Below are positions 56,494-61,105 of a stretch of DNA of 61,105 nt, piece after piece. Origin of the DNA: an uncultured Candidatus Saccharibacteria bacterium. Lineage in GTDB: Bacteria; Patescibacteriota; UBA1384; VFKW01. Position 1 is the stretch's first letter; the number at the start of each line of letters is the position of its first letter. The position numbers and the translations under genes were made by a program. The stretch covers positions 1-61,105 of the forward strand of contig CAYZYR010000001.1 of the NCBI GenBank assembly GCA_964482785.1, in the 5' to 3' direction. The notes beneath the pieces are model-generated. The model worked only from the letters and a program-made list of their open reading frames with translations. It did no database searches and was not told the DNA's origin.

Positions 56494-58398
56494 ATGCCAA
56501 AAACAATTGGAATCGATCTCGGAACGACCAATTCGGTAGTAGCTGTTATGGAGGGTGGCAAGCCTAAAGTTATCCCATCAACCGAAGGCTCAAATACTAT
56601 CCCATCTATCGTCGCCGTCGCTAAGAACGGCGAGAGATTGGTTGGCCAACTGGCAAAACGCCAAGCTGTCACCAATCCAGAAAACACCATTTTTTCAGTT
56701 AAGCGCCTGATCGGACACCGCTTTGAAGATGAAGAAGTACAGACCGATTTAAAATTAATGCCCTATAAAATCGTCAAAGCCAACGGCGGTGTAAACGTCA
56801 TTATGGGCGGTAAAGAATATTCTCCTCAAGAGATCTCTGCTTTTATCCTTCAAAAATTGAAAGCAGATGCTGAAGCCTATCTTGGCGAAACCATTACCGA
56901 CGCTGTTATCACTGTTCCGGCCTATTTCAATGATTCCGAACGTCAAGCCACTAAGGATGCTGGTAAAATCGCTGGCTTAAATGTCCAGCGTATCGTCAAC
57001 GAGCCTACCGCCTCAGCTATGGCCTATGGTCTCGACAAGAAGAAAGAAGGCAAAATCGCTGTCTATGACTTTGGCGGCGGAACTTTTGACATCACTATTC
57101 TTGAGGTCGGTGATGGTGTTTTCGAAGTAAAATCCACCAACGGCGACACTCATCTTGGTGGCGATGATCTCGACCAAAAAATCATGGACTGGATTATCGA
57201 TGAATTCAAAAAACAAGAAGGTCAAGATCTAAGAAATGAAAAAGCCGCCATCCAGCGTGTCAAAGAAGCTGCCGAAAAGGCCAAAATCGAACTTTCTAAC
57301 TCTCAAGAAACCGAAATAAATCTTCCATTTGTTACCGCCGATGCCAACGGTCCTAAACACTTGATAATGAAATTAACCCGCTCCAAACTTGAACAATTAA
57401 CAGAAAGTCTAATCAAAAAAACTGTCCCAATTTGCGAAGCCGCTATGAAAGACGCCGGCGTCTCCAAAAAAGACATCGACGAAGTCATTCTCGTCGGTGG
57501 CATGACTAGAATGCCTCTGATTCAAAAAACCGTTGAAGAAATCTTCGGCAAAGAACCTTCCAAAGGCGTCAATCCGGACGAAGTCGTCGGTCTTGGCGCC
57601 GCCACTCTAGGGGGAGTTCTAACCGGCGAGGTCAAAGATCTCCTGCTTCTTGACGTCACTCCGCTAACTCTTGGTATTGAAACTTTGGGTAGTGTCATGA
57701 CTCCGTTAATTGACAGAAATACCACCATCCCAACTTCTAAAAGTCAAATCTTTTCCACTGCCGTCGACAATCAAACCACTGTTGAAATTCACGTTCTCCA
57801 AGGTGAGAGGCCGATGGCCGGCGACAACCGGACTCTAGGCCGTTTTATCTTAGACGGTATTCCCCCTTCTCCTCGTGGCATTCCTCAGGTCGAGGTAACA
57901 TTTGACATTGATGCCAACGGTATTCTTCACGTTAAGGCTGTCGACAAAGCTACCGGCAAAGAACAAAAAATCACCATCACCTCTTCGAGCGGGCTTTCTG
58001 AAACTGAGATCGAAAGAATGCAAAAAGAAGCCGAATCCCACGCCGAAGAAGACAAAAAGAAAAAAGAAACTATCGAAGCACGTAACATCGCTGAAAATCT
58101 AGTTTACTCTACAGAAAAAACCTTAAAAGAAGCTGGCGACAAAATTACTCCCGAAATGAAAAAAGAAGTCGAGGATAAGGTCGCAAAAATCAAAGAAATC
58201 ATTGCCAAATCAGATGCCACATCCGATGAGATCAAATCTGCCAGTGATGAACTTTCCGAAGCTATTCAGAAAGTTGGTTCAGCTATGTACGAACAAGCCA
58301 AAAACCAGCAACCGCCGGAAGAGTCGAAAGAAGAATCAAAAACCGAAGAGCCAAAAGAAGAATCAAAAGGTTCTGACGAAGGTGAGCAGATCAAATAA
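56494..58398 (+). CDS. dnaK: molecular chaperone DnaK (Hsp70)
   Basis: [22 protein letters not shown] and the EEVD-less acidic tail. ATG 56494 follows AAAGGAG; the track start 56461 is upstream. Confidence 0.97.
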   Translation: MPKTIGIDLGTTNSVVAVMEGGKPKVIPSTEGSNTIPSIVAVAKNGERLVGQLAKRQAVTNPENTIFSVKRLIGHRFEDEEVQTDLKLMPYKIVKANGGVNVIMGGKEYSPQEISAFILQKLKADAEAYLGETITDAVITVPAYFNDSERQATKDAGKIAGLNVQRIVNEPTASAMAYGLDKKKEGKIAVYDFGGGTFDITILEVGDGVFEVKSTNGDTHLGGDDLDQKIMDWIIDEFKKQEGQDLRNEKAAIQRVKEAAEKAKIELSNSQETEINLPFVTADANGPKHLIMKLTRSKLEQLTESLIKKTVPICEAAMKDAGVSKKDIDEVILVGGMTRMPLIQKTVEEIFGKEPSKGVNPDEVVGLGAATLGGVLTGEVKDLLLLDVTPLTLGIETLGSVMTPLIDRNTTIPTSKSQIFSTAVDNQTTVEIHVLQGERPMAGDNRTLGRFILDGIPPSPRGIPQVEVTFDIDANGILHVKAVDKATGKEQKITITSSSGLSETEIERMQKEAESHAEEDKKKKETIEARNIAENLVYSTEKTLKEAGDKITPEMKKEVEDKVAKIKEIIAKSDATSDEIKSASDELSEAIQKVGSAMYEQAKNQQPPEESKEESKTEEPKEESKGSDEGEQIK

Positions 58399-58420
58399 GT
58401 CCATAATCCAAAAAACTATT

Positions 58421-58448
58421 TTGTCATCTGCTCGTCATTATGTATAAT
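58421..58448 (+). promoter_or_regulatory. candidate promoter for dnaJ
   Basis: TTGTCA, a 16-nt spacer, then TATAAT preceded by TG. It lies ~185 nt upstream of the dnaJ ATG, and the leader contains the hairpin GGCGGAG-N7-CTCCGCC (58582-58602). Confidence 0.45.
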
Positions 58449-58635
58449 ACAATTCTTCTCAAGCAAAGAGCGCAGTAAGTCAGTCCATCACAGGATCTAA
58501 TAAAACGTTCAGACACACAAATCAGAATTTTTTGAACTTACAGGTAAGCTTCTTGAGAACTACAAGGATTTATGATATGTTGGCGGAGTAATTTTCTCCG
58601 CCTCATACATAAGTTTTGGTGGTAAGGTAATAAGA

Positions 58636-59265
58636 ATGAAAAAAGATTATTATGAAGTGCTCGGCGTCTCAAAAGGTGCCTCGCCCGAAGAAATCAAAAA
58701 AGCATACAGAAAACTTGCCCTGCAATATCATCCTGATCGCGCCGGCAAGTCCGCTGAAGAAAAATTCAAAGAAGTAAATGAAGCCTATCAAGTCTTATCC
58801 GACCCTCAAAAGAGAGCCGCTTATGATCAATTTGGCCACGCTGGTGTCGGTGCTGGCGGCCCCAGCGGTTTCGGCAGAGCCGGAACCCAAGGTGGTTTTG
58901 GCGGCTCCGGTGGGGGCGGCTTTGATTTTTCAGGTGGCTTTGGTTTTGGTGGTGGTGGACTTGGCAGTATCTTCGAAGATCTGTTCGAAGGAGCTTTTTC
59001 CACTGTTCAAGCCGAAATGAATATTTCAATCACCCAAGCTGTCTTAGGAGATGAGATCGAATTTCAAACCCAAACTGGCGAAAAATTAAGACTAAAAATC
59101 CCTGCCGGAGTCCAAGACGGCTCTCAATTTAGATTTCGCGGACGCGGCGCTCAAACGCGCCGCGGCAGAGGTGACCTCGTCATCACTCTCAGCGTACAGA
59201 TCCCTAAACGCCTTACCAAAGAGCAAAAACGCCTCTACGAGCAACTCAGAAATCTCGAAAAATAA
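58636..59265 (+). CDS. dnaJ: short DnaJ-family co-chaperone (J domain + G/F region + one C-terminal domain, no zinc finger)
   Basis: KDYYEVLGV...YHPDR has the HPD motif. The G/F-rich stretch [23 protein letters not shown] follows. No CxxCxGxG repeats are present in the 209-aa product. Confidence 0.85.
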   Translation: MKKDYYEVLGVSKGASPEEIKKAYRKLALQYHPDRAGKSAEEKFKEVNEAYQVLSDPQKRAAYDQFGHAGVGAGGPSGFGRAGTQGGFGGSGGGGFDFSGGFGFGGGGLGSIFEDLFEGAFSTVQAEMNISITQAVLGDEIEFQTQTGEKLRLKIPAGVQDGSQFRFRGRGAQTRRGRGDLVITLSVQIPKRLTKEQKRLYEQLRNLEK

Positions 59266-59341
59266 CATCTATTAAACTCATCGAAAAGAAATAATAGAAT
59301 ATAATTAATTATCAACTTCTTAACGCCTTAAGGAGGGATTT

Positions 59342-59419
59342 ATGGAATATGGGATTCTCATCTTCATTTTTTTCTTTTTTATTTTTCCCGGCATCAAACT
59401 ACTTTATCAATACGAATAA
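59342..59419 (+). CDS. candidate 25-aa hydrophobic microprotein
   Basis: MEYGILIFIFFFFIFPGIKLLYQYE, preceded by the strong RBS AAGGAGGG. Confidence 0.35.
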   Translation: MEYGILIFIFFFFIFPGIKLLYQYE

Positions 59420-59496
59420 GCTGTCGTCTTCACCTTAGAAAAATATTCCTCAACCAAACAATCCGGTCTGCGCTGGATCCCCCCTTTACCCGAACT

Positions 59497-59673
59497 ATGT
59501 GTAAAGTCGATATGAGAATTAAAACCGCCGAAATCACGGCCGTCTCTCCAGCCGCCATTACTTTACATATTCTCCAAACTATTCGCGACATCGCCTCGGA
59601 CCCTTCAGAAAAAATCGTCATTTTTGCCCCAACTGACACACAACAGACAATAAAATCACTCATAGGCAAATAA
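59497..59673 (+). CDS. candidate small protein (53-58 aa), coupled to the downstream gene
   Basis: ...MRIKTAEITAVSPAAITLHILQTIRDIASDPSEKIVIFAPTDTQQTIKSLIGK. Its TAA overlaps the next ATG (TAATG at 59671-59675). There is no clear RBS. The competing minus-strand ORF 59430-59669 looks like an antisense artefact. Confidence 0.3.
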   Translation: MCKVDMRIKTAEITAVSPAAITLHILQTIRDIASDPSEKIVIFAPTDTQQTIKSLIGK

Positions 59674-60446
59674 TGCCTAAAGATTATCCTCTCTCTGGCA
59701 ATCCTTCTCTCGGCGGCGTAGTCAGTTTTCTGCGAAATTCACAACAATCGCAGCCTCTTATCTATCGCAGCGACAATTATATTCTCCAAAGAAACAAACA
59801 TTACCTCCAAATTACCTTCAACTATGATTTATAGTTTGTTCATTCCATCCTGCCTCGCATTCCATTCAATGAAAGGATAATAATAGAGGCTGGGACTCCT
59901 TTTATTAAAAAGGAAGGTATGGCTGGAGTACGCGCCATTTCCTCGATCTGGCCCGGCAAAGTCGTCGCCGACATGGAAGTTTCCGATAGTGCTTTAGGTG
60001 AAGTCGAAATGGCCAGAGCCGTCGGCGCTACCGCTATCATCGTCGCCGGCCAAGCTCCCAAAGAAACACGAGACCTATTTATTGCTTCTTGTAAAACAAA
60101 TAAACTTATCCCAATGGTAGATATGATTGGCGTGAATGATCCCATTAAGGTTATTAGACAATTAAAAAGTCAGTCCAATGTCGTTATTCTCCACAAAGGC
60201 CGCAACGAAGAAACCGCTCGCGGCAAAGTGATCGAATACAGGCACGTTAAGCGCATCAAGTATAAATACGATATTATTATTTCAGTTGTTGGCGGTGTGG
60301 ATATCAAAGAAGCCTGCAACTCCGTTTTTAACGGCGCCAATATCATCGTTGCCAATCTTGTCCAATCCGGCGATCTCTGGGAAGGTATTCCAATAAATTC
60401 AAATATAGCTCAGCTAGCCAATCAATTTTTAACAAACATCGAATAA
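59673..60446 (+). pseudogene. 3-hexulose-6-phosphate synthase / OMP-decarboxylase-superfamily protein with an in-frame TAG
   Basis: The track ORF 59919-60446 begins in the middle of the conserved IIIEAGTPFIKKEG-MAGVRA...VADMEV region. The same frame is open back to ATG 59673 except for TAG 59832-59834 (..LQITFNYDL*FVHSILPRIPFNERIIIEAGTP..). Confidence 0.6.
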
Positions 60447-60620
60447 AATTTTCGCCCATTATCTAACTATTAGTCAGAATCTATCGTTCTGAGCCTATCT
60501 TAACCTTGTGGACAACAGGCAAAATATTCCAGACATGAGTTTTCCTTACAGACTTTATCAACTTGACACCAGATCTCAAGCGATGATACGCTAGTTATAG
60601 TAAATAGGAGGGATGGTCTA

Positions 60621-61105
60621 ATGAATGTTCCCTCGTGGGATTTGTTTATTATCATATTTTTAATCATTGCCATTGGTTTTGGCTTTATCTTACAGCGCGA
60701 CAAAGTAGTGGTATTTTTATTATCGAACTTTTCAGGTATAGTTGTTTCGCAAACAGTCTCCGAACCAGTGAAACTCTTTTTCAGTGGTAATAAAACATTA
60801 GCCGATTCAGTTTGGATTCAGGCTAATGTTTCTCCTTTTGCCATCCAAGTAGCCATATTTATGTTAGTCGCTTTTCTTGTCGCTGGTAAATCAGGATTAG
60901 GTGGTAAAGGTCCAAAAGGCATTCTATCTCCAGTTGAGATTATTGCCTTCAGTTTTTTTAACGCCGTTTTATTTCTCTCCGCTATCGCTTCTTTCATGCT
61001 GCCCGAAATGAGACAAGGTATCCAAGAAGCCTCTAAATTAGCTAAGTTTATAATCACTTATAAATTATTCTGGATGGTCGCCCCGATTATTCTAATCATC
61101 TTCAC
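60621..61105 (+). CDS. CvpA-like integral membrane protein, 3'-truncated by the window end
   Basis: ATG 60621 follows TAGGAGGG. The frame is open to the window edge: MNVPSWDLFIIIFLIIAIGFGFILQRDKVVVFLLSNFSGIVVSQ..., with several TM helices. It is absent from the ORF track because it has no stop. Confidence 0.55.
   Translation, partial: MNVPSWDLFIIIFLIIAIGFGFILQRDKVVVFLLSNFSGIVVSQTVSEPVKLFFSGNKTLADSVWIQANVSPFAIQVAIFMLVAFLVAGKSGLGGKGPKGILSPVEIIAFSFFNAVLFLSAIASFMLPEMRQGIQEASKLAKFIITYKLFWMVAPIILIIF

Noticed and set aside
59430-59669. 79-aa minus-strand ORF.
   Set aside because: Its composition looks like an antisense translation. The plus strand carries a more protein-like small ORF, coupled by TAATG to the HPS-like gene.
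60500-61057. Minus-strand ORFs 60500-60703 and 60818-61057.
   Set aside because: They are antisense to, or overlap the leader of, the plus-strand CvpA-like membrane protein ORF. That ORF has a strong RBS and is open to the window end.
1-61105. Genome-wide stop-codon reassignment (TGA=Gly code 25, TGA=Trp code 4, or TAG/TAA recoding) as the explanation for the in-frame stops.
   Set aside because: All three stop codons terminate clearly complete, conserved genes here. TAA ends ftsH, lepA and dnaK. TAG ends GH94 and DUF2207. TGA ends 27628-28263 directly before its terminator. The standard-code ORF track gives full-length housekeeping proteins. The interruptions involve all three stops and are rare, which fits mutation rather than a changed code.
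1-61105. CRISPR arrays, rRNA genes, tmRNA, RNase P RNA and transposases.
   Set aside because: Reading by eye, I found no short direct-repeat/spacer periodicity, no rRNA-like conserved blocks, and no transposase-like ORF. The one tRNA-like 3' end with a long upstream insert resolved into the intron-containing tRNA-Asn, not a tmRNA.

Overview
The window is 61.1 kb of gene-dense, low-GC bacterial chromosome with no rRNA genes and no CRISPR array. The gene content suggests a reduced-genome, probably CPR/Patescibacteria-like organism; this is an inference, not a demonstrated assignment. The supporting features are a minimal housekeeping set, large membrane-anchored surface proteins, a VirB2/TrbC pilin-like C-terminal domain protein, comEA plus a split comEC, a short DnaJ, and an intron inside a tRNA.

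Securely recognisable genes:
- Housekeeping and envelope: ftsH, lepB, murJ, lepA, recG, ruvA, ruvC, yebC-family, comEA, comEC (two ORFs), grpE, dnaK, dnaJ, and an L,D-transpeptidase.
- Other: a beta-CASP MBL RNase, a LOG/TIGR00725-like protein, a CsoR-family regulator, and a DUF2207 protein.
- Large proteins: an alpha-2-macroglobulin-like protein of 1610 aa.
- A minus-strand glycan block: GH94 phosphorylase, GH130, ROK kinase, Gfo/Idh/MocA oxidoreductase, an orphan ORF tentatively read as an (alpha/alpha)6-like protein, and a GT4 transferase.
- Five tRNA genes: Asn, Ile(UAU), two CAU tRNAs and Leu(UAG).

Most interesting observations:
1. A translationally coupled, tandemly duplicated module of an APH/protein-kinase-fold kinase plus an FCP1/NIF-type HAD phosphatase (46323-49817). 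It is divergent from the glycoside-phosphorylase block. This is my best candidate for an undescribed system.
2. tRNA-Asn(GUU) is interrupted by a 509-nt group I intron that carries an HNH ORF.
3. An orphan gene family occurs twice, sharing a conserved promoter and an ~100-nt leader. One copy is intact (3350-4023) and one is decayed (51948-52623).
4. Conserved genes interrupted only by single in-frame stop codons are unusually frequent, and all three stop codons are involved. Truncated and frameshifted remnants are also present.
5. tRNA-Ile(UAU) has a truncated copy of its 5' half just upstream.
6. Several visibly GC-richer single-gene cassettes lie on the plus strand, each with its own terminator.

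All functional calls rest on motifs read by eye from the translations. No database search was run.
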